Assembly: GCA_041690595.1 (NCBI GenBank) | Contig: JAWLHB010000011.1 | Coordinates: 62,001 to 126,000 of the forward strand | Direction: 5' to 3' | DNA: 64,000 nt | From: Lentisphaeria bacterium | GTDB taxonomy: Bacteria > Verrucomicrobiota > Lentisphaeria > JABSQK01 > JAWLHB01 | Shown here: positions 55,778-64,000 of the stretch, in pieces | How positions within the stretch are numbered: the stretch's first letter is position 1 | Layout: the number at the start of each line of letters is the position of its first letter | Notes under the pieces: generated by a model | The model's database searches: none | Seen by the model: only the letters and a program-made list of their open reading frames with translations | Told to the model about the DNA's origin: nothing | Position numbers and translations under genes: made by a program

Positions 55778-57204
55778 GGCGCACCGTCCCGCGCCGGGGG
55801 CGCCGATTCGTCCAGGCGCAGCTTCAGACCGTTGACGAACATGATGGCGGATTGCTGGGTGGCCGCAACCGCCTTTCGCACGCGTCGCGAGAGGTAGGCG
55901 TGGACGAGCAGAGCTGGAATCGCGATCACCAGCCCCACCTCGGTGGTGATGAGGGCTTCGGAGATGCCGCCGGAGAGGACACGCGCGTCGCCGGTTCCGA
56001 AGATCGTGATCAGGCGAAAGGTGTGGATCATACCCGTCACGGTGCCTAAAAGGCCGAGGAGCGGCGCCACACTGGCGCATACCGCGAGCGGCGAGAGCAA
56101 CCGTTCCAGGGATGGCACCTGCGCCAGCAGGCGTTCGTACATGATCTCCTCGATATGCTCCTTTGGGGCATCGCGATGGTCGATCCCTTCGAAGAGGACC
56201 GGTCCCAGCGGCTTGCGCAAACGGCGCGCGATGGCGTACGCTTCGTTGGCTTCGTTCCGCCGCAGCGCCATCAGGATTTCGGCGATTCTCGGCTCTGCTC
56301 CGCGTGTACGCAACATCCACAGCGAGACGAGCTTGTAGAGGGCCATCAGTGTACAGGCAAGGGCCAGCGCGAGGAGGGGGATCATGGTCACGCCGCCTTT
56401 GCGCAGATGGTCCATCAGGCTTTCGCGGCTCTGGCTGACCTTTATCGCTGCTCCAAGAGAAGGGTCGACGGGGACGACCGCCTCTTCACCGCTCATTATC
56501 CGGGCGATGTGCGGCGGGGCCGTCTGATCGGGGAAGTCGCTGAAGACGCGGGGCAGGAGGCTTTCCGTGGTGCTTACGGCGATGCCGACCGGTTCTCCCT
56601 GGGTGGCGGCGAAGTAGAGGAGCGGACCGGCCTGTCCGAAGAGCCCGTCGACCAGGCGCCCTTCCGGATCCAGAGCCTTGCCGGGCATGACGGCGCCGCC
56701 AAGCTGGCGGTTGAGCTGGTCTAAAGAGAGGTCGAGCAGCTCGGGTACGACGGTCAAGGGTTCTCCCGCATCCAGTTGCAGGTCGACGGCGGCGATGCGT
56801 GGAGCGTAGAACTGGCTTTCAGCCGCGGAGAGCTGCGCTTCCAGCGCGCGCCGGTACTCTTGGATGGCCTGCCCCTGATAGCGGATGATTTCCTGCATAT
56901 GAGCCGAGCTTTCGCGTGCCCGGGCGGTGGCGTCCGCCGCGTCGGCGTGTCGTTCCTCCTGCGCGTGCAGCTCCTGGCGAAGCTGTTGAATGCTGGCGCG
57001 GAGGGTGTCGGCTTGCCGCAGGAGTTCCTGACGTTCAGCTTGGATGCGCTGGTCTAGGGCCTGCAGTTCCGTTCTGCTCTCGGCGATATCGTTCGCGAGC
57101 CGGGTACGGGCGCTGGTCAGAGCGGGAGTCTCGTCAGCCTCCGCCAGCAGGGGAAAGGAGGAGGCGAGAGCGCAAGCGAGAAGTAGAATGAGGCTCCGCT
57201 TCAT
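55774..57204 (-). CDS. Large MotA/TolQ/ExbB-family protein with periplasmic N-domain (TtpC-like)
   Basis: Signal peptide, coiled coil, VPVDPS, then APLLGLLGTVTGMI and GGISEALITTEVGL. Confidence 0.88.
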   Translation of the reverse strand: MKRSLILLLACALASSFPLLAEADETPALTSARTRLANDIAESRTELQALDQRIQAERQELLRQADTLRASIQQLRQELHAQEERHADAADATARARESSAHMQEIIRYQGQAIQEYRRALEAQLSAAESQFYAPRIAAVDLQLDAGEPLTVVPELLDLSLDQLNRQLGGAVMPGKALDPEGRLVDGLFGQAGPLLYFAATQGEPVGIAVSTTESLLPRVFSDFPDQTAPPHIARIMSGEEAVVPVDPSLGAAIKVSQSRESLMDHLRKGGVTMIPLLALALACTLMALYKLVSLWMLRTRGAEPRIAEILMALRRNEANEAYAIARRLRKPLGPVLFEGIDHRDAPKEHIEEIMYERLLAQVPSLERLLSPLAVCASVAPLLGLLGTVTGMIHTFRLITIFGTGDARVLSGGISEALITTEVGLVIAIPALLVHAYLSRRVRKAVAATQQSAIMFVNGLKLRLDESAPPARDGAP

Positions 57205-57974
57205 GGCGTTACATCCGCTGGTGCGGTGAGGCTGAGGGGAAGGGAGAGGAAGTGGGCAGGCTCGCGGTCGCGCACCATGCCGATGGCAGCTTGAATGGCC
57301 GGCGCGTGGTCGTTTGCCGCCACCCAGCGCCAGCCACTTGGTTCGGGACGACCGAAGGCTGCATGGCTGCTATCCGGGGCAACGGCATAGGCGACGGCAA
57401 CGCCGACAAAGAGCACCTGCATCTGGCGTTCCGCCCCGTTATCGTCAGTAATGATCATGCCGGCAACGTGCAGCTTGCCGGCGATGTCGCGAGCGGCGGC
57501 CAGTGCATCGAGGGTGGCGCGGAAGCGTTGCGCCTGATTCGCGGGCGTGGCTGGCGGTATGGCCGCCATGGCTGGCTCCAGCAGTTGCCGCAGGGGTGGC
57601 GGCAGTTGACGTTGCCAGGCGTCGAGGTGCTCGATAGCCTTGGTCATCGCCTGCAGGGAAGGTTCCAGCCCCTGAATGCGGGATGCGGCTTCGCGCTGTG
57701 CCTCATCGGCTTGCTGAGCGACGTTGTCGGCGGCGTCGCGGGTCGAATGGAGTTGCTTCTGAAGGTTTTCCTGGGTGGCTTGAAGGAGTCGAATCTCATC
57801 CTGCAGCAGGGCCTGTTCGGCTTCCCATGCCTGGCGGCTGTCGCGGCCTTCACGCTGCAGTGTCATCCAGAGACGCAGCTCCTCCTCGAATGCGTCCATC
57901 GGCTCCGCCGCCGTGAGGCAGCAGGCGATGAGAAGGAGGGAGAGGGTAACCAGATGGCGGAAAAAAGTCTTCAT
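57201..57974 (-). CDS. Exported coiled-coil protein (DUF3450/TtpB-like)
   Basis: Signal peptide, coiled coil, C-terminal GWRW...IQAAI...FLSLP; position at the head of the ExbB-ExbB-ExbD-TonB-TPR run. Confidence 0.72.
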   Translation of the reverse strand: MKTFFRHLVTLSLLLIACCLTAAEPMDAFEEELRLWMTLQREGRDSRQAWEAEQALLQDEIRLLQATQENLQKQLHSTRDAADNVAQQADEAQREAASRIQGLEPSLQAMTKAIEHLDAWQRQLPPPLRQLLEPAMAAIPPATPANQAQRFRATLDALAAARDIAGKLHVAGMIITDDNGAERQMQVLFVGVAVAYAVAPDSSHAAFGRPEPSGWRWVAANDHAPAIQAAIGMVRDREPAHFLSLPLSLTAPADVTP

Positions 57975-57985
57975 GTTCAGCGGGG

Positions 57986-58014
57986 AAGATAGGGTGCTGA
58001 GGGCTTTCTGTCAA
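57986..58014 (-). promoter_or_regulatory. Internal sigma70 promoter for the Ton motor genes
   Basis: Minus strand TTGACA (58014-58009), 17-nt spacer, TATCTT (57991-57986); ATG lies 11 nt beyond the -10 element. Confidence 0.6.
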
Positions 58015-58020
58015 TAAAGC

Positions 58021-58063
58021 GAGCGGAACCGGGGGAAAACCAGAAAATCCCCCGGCTCCGCTC
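58021..58063 (-). terminator. Strong hairpin after the TonB-dependent receptor (terminator or mRNA stabiliser)
   Basis: GAGCGGAGCCGGGGGA/TCCCCCGGTTCCGCTC 16-bp stem followed by GCTTTATT. Confidence 0.6.
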
Positions 58064-58071
58064 TGGCCGCA

Positions 58072-60039
58072 TCAGAAGTTGAAGGTGAGGTCGACTCCGG
58101 CAAAGAAGTTGCGTTCCGGCATCGGATAGACGCCGACATTGCCGCTCCAGGAGCTGTAGAAGCCGGATTCGGTATACTCTTCTTCAAGGAGATTGTTGAT
58201 GCCGCCGTAGACGGTCAGCCATTTCCATGTGTAGGCCAAGCGCGTATCGACGACGAGGAAGTCATCGAGTTCGTCGGCTTCATTGTTCCAGTCACTGCCG
58301 GCGAATCGGCTGTCGACCCACCTGGCGGAGAGATTGTAGGCAAATCCGTCGAGGAAGCGGTACTCCATGCCACCCTTGACCATGTGGCGGGGGACGAGGG
58401 GGACCTGGCGGCCGTCGAAGTTGGTGCCAGTGCTGGATTCGCCCATCTCGGCGTCCGTGAAGGTGTAGTTGATGGTCAAGTCGAGGTTTTCGGTAATGGG
58501 GGCCTTGGCTTCGACGATGACGCCGATGCGTTCGGTTTCTTCGTAGTTGGTGTTGCCGAAGTTGGGGTCATAGAAGATCTCGTTGGAGGTATCGACATGA
58601 AAGAAGGTGACGGCGCCGAGCAGGTGGGGGCAGAAGAGGTGCTGAATGCCAACCTGGGTGGTCTTGGTGATCTGCGGATCGAGGTTGGTGTTCAGCCCCG
58701 ACCATACCGAGTAGTACTCGTCCACCACGCCTTGACGGTAGGAGCGGTCGTAGAGGGCGAAGAGCTTGCTGTCGGGCTGGTAATTCCAGGCGAGGCCGAG
58801 GCGGAATGCATCCAGAGAGAAGCTCCTTCCTTCACTTCCTTCGAAGGCGTAGTCCGCCCATCCGTGACGATAGCCGAAGTCAACGTAGACATCGTCAATG
58901 ACTTCCAGGGAGTTATTGAAGAAGAGGGCGTAGGTCTTGTAGGTAGTCTCGATGGCGTTGCCCATATTGTGCTTCTGGGTGTTGTAGTAGTCGCCGCCGA
59001 TGATGAAGGTATTGTCACGGCCAAAGAGCTGATACTCGCTCACGATCTGCGGCGAGACTCCCCACTTGATGTCCCGGTAGGCCTGTTCCCAACCGCCCCA
59101 GACAAATTCGACATCCCGTTCGCGGTAGGTCGCCGGAAGCTCGAGACGGAGCTTGTCATTGAAATGGAGAATGGGAGCGATGGTGACGTAGCTGCTGAGC
59201 CGCTCGCCACGGTCGGAGGGGCTGTCGGTGTCGCGGCGATCGACGAGAGCGCTTTCGAGATCGGCGCGCAAGAGATCGCCGGGCATGCCGAAGGCTTCAT
59301 CGTTGGCGCCGGCGCGAAGTTGCAGGTCGTACCAGCTGTCCTCGGGGACGAAAGAAAGGGCGAGGTGTCCGTTTTTCGAGCGGTAATGGTTATTATCGCG
59401 ATAGCCGTCGCTATCGATGTAGCCTTGATTGAGGCTGAAGCCGAGAGCCTCGTGCTGCCCGCTGATGCCAGCGGCCTGCCGATAGCCATAGCTGTCCACT
59501 TCGCCCGTAACATTGATCTGGTTCTGCCCACCGGCGCGCGTGATGATGTTGATGACACCCCCGGTGGCGTTGGCGCCGTAGAGAACGGTTCCGCCGCCGC
59601 GGACGATCTCGATGCGCTCGATCTGATTCAGTGGCGTTGCCGACCAGTCGATCGGGAGGAGATCCCCGAATCCAGCGCGGACGCCGTCGATGAGGAGAAC
59701 GAGATTGTAGATGCCTGCTTCGCCGAAGCCGCCAATGTCCACCGATGCGGAGACGGAGCTGTCGCCGAAGAGGTTACGGACGCTTAGTCCGGCGAGCTGC
59801 TGAAGGACGTCGGTGACGTTTTTGGCGTTGGAGCTGAGGATTTCCTCACGGGTAATCACGGTGACGTTGGCTGGAACCGTATCCGCCCGCCGTTTGGCGC
59901 GGGATGCGGTGACCAGAACTTCGCTCAAGCGGAGAGTTTCCTGTTCCTCTTTGGTTTCTTCAGCCGGTGGCGCTTGCTGCGCAACGGCAAGGTGGAGGGT
60001 GAGGAGCATGACCAGAGTACGCAAGATAAGCTTCGACAT
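58072..60039 (-). CDS. TonB-dependent receptor, probable cobalamin uptake (BtuB-like)
   Basis: Signal peptide, VLVTASR plug start, LIDG, IERIEIVRGGGTVLYG, NLL...Y, terminal Phe; lies downstream of a cobalamin riboswitch. Confidence 0.9.
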   Translation of the reverse strand: MSKLILRTLVMLLTLHLAVAQQAPPAEETKEEQETLRLSEVLVTASRAKRRADTVPANVTVITREEILSSNAKNVTDVLQQLAGLSVRNLFGDSSVSASVDIGGFGEAGIYNLVLLIDGVRAGFGDLLPIDWSATPLNQIERIEIVRGGGTVLYGANATGGVINIITRAGGQNQINVTGEVDSYGYRQAAGISGQHEALGFSLNQGYIDSDGYRDNNHYRSKNGHLALSFVPEDSWYDLQLRAGANDEAFGMPGDLLRADLESALVDRRDTDSPSDRGERLSSYVTIAPILHFNDKLRLELPATYRERDVEFVWGGWEQAYRDIKWGVSPQIVSEYQLFGRDNTFIIGGDYYNTQKHNMGNAIETTYKTYALFFNNSLEVIDDVYVDFGYRHGWADYAFEGSEGRSFSLDAFRLGLAWNYQPDSKLFALYDRSYRQGVVDEYYSVWSGLNTNLDPQITKTTQVGIQHLFCPHLLGAVTFFHVDTSNEIFYDPNFGNTNYEETERIGVIVEAKAPITENLDLTINYTFTDAEMGESSTGTNFDGRQVPLVPRHMVKGGMEYRFLDGFAYNLSARWVDSRFAGSDWNNEADELDDFLVVDTRLAYTWKWLTVYGGINNLLEEEYTESGFYSSWSGNVGVYPMPERNFFAGVDLTFNF

Positions 60040-60157
60040 TGCACTTACTTCCTTTAGGCGATTGACATAGACAGACAACGGTTCTCGACGGGGTTCCAGG
60101 TGTTTTGGGTCTCCTTTGCATTTCTTGGTCGATTAGATAGGTGTGTTGTCCGCCGGC

Positions 60158-60199
60158 ACAACGAAACAAGCCGCGGTCTCCAGTGGAAACAGCGGCTTG
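60158..60199 (-). terminator. Candidate riboswitch expression-platform terminator
   Basis: CAAGCCGC/GCGGCTTG stem followed by TTTCGTTGT on the minus strand, between the aptamer and the receptor start. Confidence 0.5.
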
Positions 60200-60274
60200 G
60201 GAATGGCTTCCGACGTGAACGGTTTTCACCTGTTCACGTCTCACCAAAAGTCACTGGCGCGGAGACTTTTGTAT

Positions 60275-60426
60275 GTCAGGGTCTTCTGACTTGCGGGCTC
60301 AAACCTACTTCCCGGGCCTTCCCATCGGCAGCCAGAAGCTGCAGACAGTGGCCGTAGTCGGGGTTCGTACCCGCTCACAGCGGCGCGACCGTTCCGGAAT
60401 TTCACCGGATTCCCCTGTTCAAATTG
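60275..60426 (-). ncRNA. Cobalamin (B12) riboswitch
   Basis: Minus strand: AACAGGGGAATCCGGTGAAATTCCGGAACGGTCGCGCCGCTGT...GCCACTG...GGGAAGG...AAGTCAGAAGACCCTG (B12 box). Confidence 0.92.
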
Positions 60427-60582
60427 TGGCGCAAGGTACAGCGCCCGCCAGAGCACTGCAAGTGCATTTCTGATATAAACTTCATCTGGCGCCGTGGAGC
60501 GGTTGCATTTCCATACTGGCGCCCGCATAGGTAAACGAGGTGGAAGCTGAAGCCGAACTATTAAGTCTGGAGAGCGAGAAAG

Positions 60583-61464
60583 ATGAAGTCGCTGCGTGAA
60601 CGACTCGCGGAGGGCGAGATACTGATCTGTGATGGTGCGATGGGCACCTTCTTGCAGGCCAAGGGGCTGAAGCCGGGGGAATGCCCGGAGTTGTGGTGCA
60701 TCGAGCGTCCGGAAGACGTGCGGGATATTCATCGCACCTACCGTGACGCGGGCAGCAATCTGGTGGAGTGCAATTCCTTTGGGGGTACGCGCTACAAGCT
60801 GCGGCATTACGAGCTGGCGGCGCGCGTTGCCGAGATCAACGAAGCGGCGGGAGCCATCGCGCGCCAGGTGGCCGGGGACGAGCAGTATGTGCTGGGCAGC
60901 GCCGGCCCGACTGGCGAGATGATGATCCCCTATGGACTGGCCAGCGAAGAGGAGATCTACGAAGCGTTTCGCGAACAGATGGTGGCGCTCGAGGCTGGCG
61001 GCGCCGATGCGGTAATCGTCGAGACCATGACCGCGATCGAGGAAGCCACCATGGCGGTCAAGGCGGCGAAGGAGCATACGCGGATGGTGGTCATCGCGAG
61101 CTTCACCTTCGACCCACAGGCCAAGGGTGGCTACCGGACGATGATGGGCGTCACTCCCGCGCAGATGGCAGCGGCGATGCTTGCCGCCGGCGCGGATGTC
61201 ATCGGCGCGAATTGCGGCACGGGAATCGACCACATGATCGAGATCGTGGCGGCCTTACGTGCGGCAGCGCCGGAGACGCCGATCATGGCGATGCCCAACG
61301 CCGGTATGCCTCAGATCGAAGATGGCAAGACAGTTTTCAAGGATACTCCCGACTACATGGCCGGACTGACGCCTCGCCTGGTGGAGGCCGGCGCCACGAT
61401 TATTGGCGGTTGCTGCGGCACCACGCCGGCGCACATCAGCGCCATGCGCAGAGCGGTCTGTTGA
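60583..61464 (+). CDS. Homocysteine S-methyltransferase domain protein (stand-alone MetH N-terminal domain)
   Basis: DGAMGT, GSAGPTG, VETM, RTMMG, GANC, PNAGMP, IIGGCCGTTP (Zn ligands). Confidence 0.92.
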   Translation: MKSLRERLAEGEILICDGAMGTFLQAKGLKPGECPELWCIERPEDVRDIHRTYRDAGSNLVECNSFGGTRYKLRHYELAARVAEINEAAGAIARQVAGDEQYVLGSAGPTGEMMIPYGLASEEEIYEAFREQMVALEAGGADAVIVETMTAIEEATMAVKAAKEHTRMVVIASFTFDPQAKGGYRTMMGVTPAQMAAAMLAAGADVIGANCGTGIDHMIEIVAALRAAAPETPIMAMPNAGMPQIEDGKTVFKDTPDYMAGLTPRLVEAGATIIGGCCGTTPAHISAMRRAVC

Positions 61465-61544
61465 CGGGGGCGTTGAAGATTTTCGAAGTTCCTCACCAAT
61501 AAATCCCGTGGAAATAAGCTCACGCAGGGAAGAGTGGATGCCGT

Positions 61545-61640
61545 GGACGCAACCCGAATGGGGTTGATGCATGGGCGGGCAGTATACCCAGGGTAGCCCC
61601 AAGGGCAACCCTGGGCTATGGGACGCAGCCCCGTTGGGGC
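61545..61640. repeat. REP-like composite palindromic element
   Basis: Imperfect direct repeats GGACGCAACCCGAATGGGGTT (61545-61565) and GGACGCAGCCCCGTTGGGGC (61621-61640), each a small hairpin, flank the hairpin CCCAGGGTAGCCC/GGGCAACCCTGGG (61587-61615). Confidence 0.6.
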
Positions 61641-61739
61641 AAGTGGTCGAAAGGAGCCGGCATGGAGGGATGGGCTTATGAAGAATAAAGTCCGGGCAAC
61701 GGCCGGGTGGGGATTCACACTTGTTGCCCGTTTTCATAG

Positions 61740-63155
61740 GTGAAGCAGTTGTCACCATTACCTATACCTCGCCTGCTTATCGGCGGCCTTGGGCTTTGCG
61801 CCACGGCGATGCTGGGGCTGACCTGGTGGCTGGCGCGGATGAGCGAGCATTTTGTCTGGGGGAGCGGGCATTTGCAGCGGCCGATACGCCTGGTGGTGGT
61901 GATCTACCTGGGGATGTGGCTAGTCTACGCCGTCGCCTGTTACCTGGTGGAGAGGGTGCATTCGCGCCGGGTGGCCTGGGGGATTATCGGAGTGGGGATT
62001 TTGCTGCGGGTGCTGATGCTGGGGTCGACGCCCCTGCAGGAGAGTGACTTTTACCGTTACATCTGGGATGGGCAACTGGTGGTGCGCGGCATCAATCCGC
62101 TCGACCGGTCGCCTTCCGACTGGGATATATCGGAGGTGGAGGCCGATCTTGAGCAGCGTCCCGCGGCGGCGGCAGTTCAGGGGCGCATCAATCATCCGGA
62201 GGTGGCGAGCATTTATCCCGCGGGCGCTCAATCCATATTCGCGCTCAACGCCATGCTCTTCGGCTGGAGGAACCATGGCATGCGCTGGACACTGCTGCTT
62301 TTCGATCTGGGGCTCCTGGTGCTTTTGGCGCGGCTGCTCTGGAAGCGAGGTCAGGCGCCGGCAATCCTCTGGTACGCCTGGTGTCCGTTGATACTCAAGG
62401 AGTTCACCAACTCCATGCATGTGGATATTGCCTGTGCCTTCTTTCTCGGCTGGATGCTGTGGGCCGTCTGGCGGGATCGACCGGGTTGGTCGCTGGCGGC
62501 GCTGCTGGCAGCTTCCCTGGTCAAGATCACGCCGCTGCTGCTGGTACCGCTGCTGGTGGGATGGGCGTGGCGCAGTCGCGGGCGCCGCTGGACGTTGTGG
62601 GCTGTGGCGCTGTGGTGCGCTTGCCTTGCCGCCGGCTGGGCGGTGCTTTGGCTGGGGGCTGACGATCCGTTTGCCGGTCTACGCACCTTCAGCAGCCAGT
62701 GGGAGAACAATGCGTTGCTCTTTCCCCTGCTGCGACGGCTCTTGGGGTGGATTGGTCTTCCGGGCGCCGACGCTCGCTTGGCCACCCAGGCCATTGTGGC
62801 GCTGGCGCTGGTTATTGGAGTTCTTCAGGCAGCCATTCGCGTGCGAACGGCGGAAGGGGTGACACGGGCAGGCGAGTATGCGCTGCTGGCTCTCTTTCTG
62901 CTTTCACCGGTAGGTAATCCATGGTATCTGGGCTGGCTCCTTCCCTTCATGGTGCTGCGCCGCTCGGGTCCGGCAATGATGGTGATGGTGGGCACGTCGG
63001 TCTACTACCTGAATTTCTGGATTCACTATCATGATCTTGGCGCGGACGCTATCTGGTGGCTGTGGATCACGCAGTATCTGCTCATTCTCCTGGCGCTTGC
63101 TATCCGCGCGTTCAGTTCGAAGGTCGCGCCCATCGTGCCGGCAACGGGAAGCTGA
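61740..63155 (+). CDS. Multi-pass GT-C glycosyltransferase (GT87-like)
   Basis: SDFYRYIWDG, INHP...IYP..AQ, YAWCPL...E....HVD, PWYL and many TM helices. Confidence 0.78.
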   Translation: MKQLSPLPIPRLLIGGLGLCATAMLGLTWWLARMSEHFVWGSGHLQRPIRLVVVIYLGMWLVYAVACYLVERVHSRRVAWGIIGVGILLRVLMLGSTPLQESDFYRYIWDGQLVVRGINPLDRSPSDWDISEVEADLEQRPAAAAVQGRINHPEVASIYPAGAQSIFALNAMLFGWRNHGMRWTLLLFDLGLLVLLARLLWKRGQAPAILWYAWCPLILKEFTNSMHVDIACAFFLGWMLWAVWRDRPGWSLAALLAASLVKITPLLLVPLLVGWAWRSRGRRWTLWAVALWCACLAAGWAVLWLGADDPFAGLRTFSSQWENNALLFPLLRRLLGWIGLPGADARLATQAIVALALVIGVLQAAIRVRTAEGVTRAGEYALLALFLLSPVGNPWYLGWLLPFMVLRRSGPAMMVMVGTSVYYLNFWIHYHDLGADAIWWLWITQYLLILLALAIRAFSSKVAPIVPATGS

Positions 63156-63190
63156 AGCTCATTCGGTGGGGAGGCAGGCAATCCGGGCAT

Positions 63191-63225
63191 AAAAAAACCG
63201 GCCCGTGGAAAAGACCACGGGCCGG
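63191..63225 (-). terminator. Intrinsic terminator of the RRM gene
   Basis: CCGGCCCGTGG/CCACGGGCCGG 11-bp stem followed by T7 on the minus strand. Confidence 0.9.
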
Positions 63226-63253
63226 AATAAACTTGCAGTTTCAGGCTGGTGAT

Positions 63254-63589
63254 TTACCAGCGACGACGGCCTGCGCCGCCTCCGCCACCACCGCCACCGC
63301 CGCGCTCGCCGCCGCCGCCACCACCGGCGCCACCGCGAGAGCTGCGTTCATGTGCTTCGTTTACACGGACACTGCGACCGTCAAGCTCTTTCCCGTCCAT
63401 CTCGTTGACGGCGGTGTTACCGTCTTCGTCATTGACGAAGGTCACGAAGCCGAAGCCCCGCGAGCGGCCTGTCTCACGATCTGAGACTACTACAGCGTCT
63501 GAGATTTCTCCGAAGGAATCAAACGCTTCGCGCAGTCCTTCACTTGTGGTGTCCCAACTCAGACCGCCCACGAATAATCGTTTTGCCAT
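63254..63589 (-). CDS. RRM RNA-binding protein with Gly-rich tail
   Basis: RNP2 LFVGGL, RNP1 RGFGFVTF, LDGRSVRVNEA, poly-Gly tail; AGGAG RBS. Confidence 0.95.
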   Translation of the reverse strand: MAKRLFVGGLSWDTTSEGLREAFDSFGEISDAVVVSDRETGRSRGFGFVTFVNDEDGNTAVNEMDGKELDGRSVRVNEAHERSSRGGAGGGGGGERGGGGGGGGGAGRRRW

Positions 63590-63814
63590 GATTTTCGAAC
63601 TCCTCATCTCTGGCAACTTCTGCATTGACCCTATGCTTCTAAAGAGTCGCTGCACCGGAAAGGTGACATTTGTCACCTTGGGCACGGATCTGCATCCGCG
63701 CCGTTTCTGACTAGACGTACCGTTGTTCCCAACTGTCCTTCCTGATGGCGAAGCTACCAGGATGAAGGCAAAAGGCCGAAGCCTTTTTGGAGAATTCCAG
63801 TACGATTTGGGCTT

Positions 63815-63843
63815 AGTATAATGCCGTCGAGATGCAAATGCAA
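63815..63843 (-). promoter_or_regulatory. Candidate sigma70 promoter of the RRM gene
   Basis: Minus strand TTGCAT, 17-nt spacer, TATACT, about 225 nt upstream of the ATG. Confidence 0.55.
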
Positions 63844-64000
63844 GTGCCTTAGGCGATATTTACAAAATTCCGTAGAGAGCGGATACCGTGACGGAAGGTA
63901 CGGCATGGCATCAGGAGGCTGCCAATCAGGTAAGCGCCGGTTGCGAAATCGTACAGGTAGCCGGGGTGCAACAGCACGTGCTGTTTTTGAAGAAGATCGA

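Noticed and set aside
58384..59787. 467-aa plus-strand ORF
   Set aside because: Antisense shadow of the TonB-dependent receptor.
61545..61640. CRISPR array
   Set aside because: Only two imperfect repeats, the spacer is itself palindromic, and there are no cas genes.

Overview
GC-rich bacterial chromosomal window, densely coding, with about 55 genes. No phage, integrase, IS transposase, rRNA or CRISPR was seen. The gene content points to a PVC-superphylum organism, most likely Lentisphaerota (inference): a DUF1559-type pilin-like protein, a divergent FtsZ with a GENLDIPTYLRRG tail, a URO-D/LacI pair and an RRM protein. Housekeeping and metabolic genes include cimA, nadB, ptsH, apbE, thiD, cls, maf, der, trmL, purE, tsaC, ftsA, ftsZ, sppA, lemA and frr. 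RNA elements are RNase P RNA, an initiator-type tRNA-Met and a cobalamin riboswitch upstream of a TonB-dependent receptor plus a TtpB/TtpC-type Ton operon. The best candidate for an undescribed system is a three-gene ion-motor operon at 39867-43350. It encodes a MotA/ExbB-family subunit with an N-terminal zinc ribbon and a ~200-aa helical tail, and two different ExbD-like single-pass coiled-coil proteins, only one of which keeps the channel Asp. Other notable observations: an FtsZ lacking the T7 catalytic residues and lying outside a dcw cluster; an ABC half-transporter pair whose two composite ATP sites both look degenerate; an orphan E1-like enzyme; a candidate Val-Val-Ile leader peptide before cimA; an RNase P RNA lacking P18; a REP-like element; and a structured 5' leader before the RRM gene. 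All calls come from reading motifs by eye. No database search was run.
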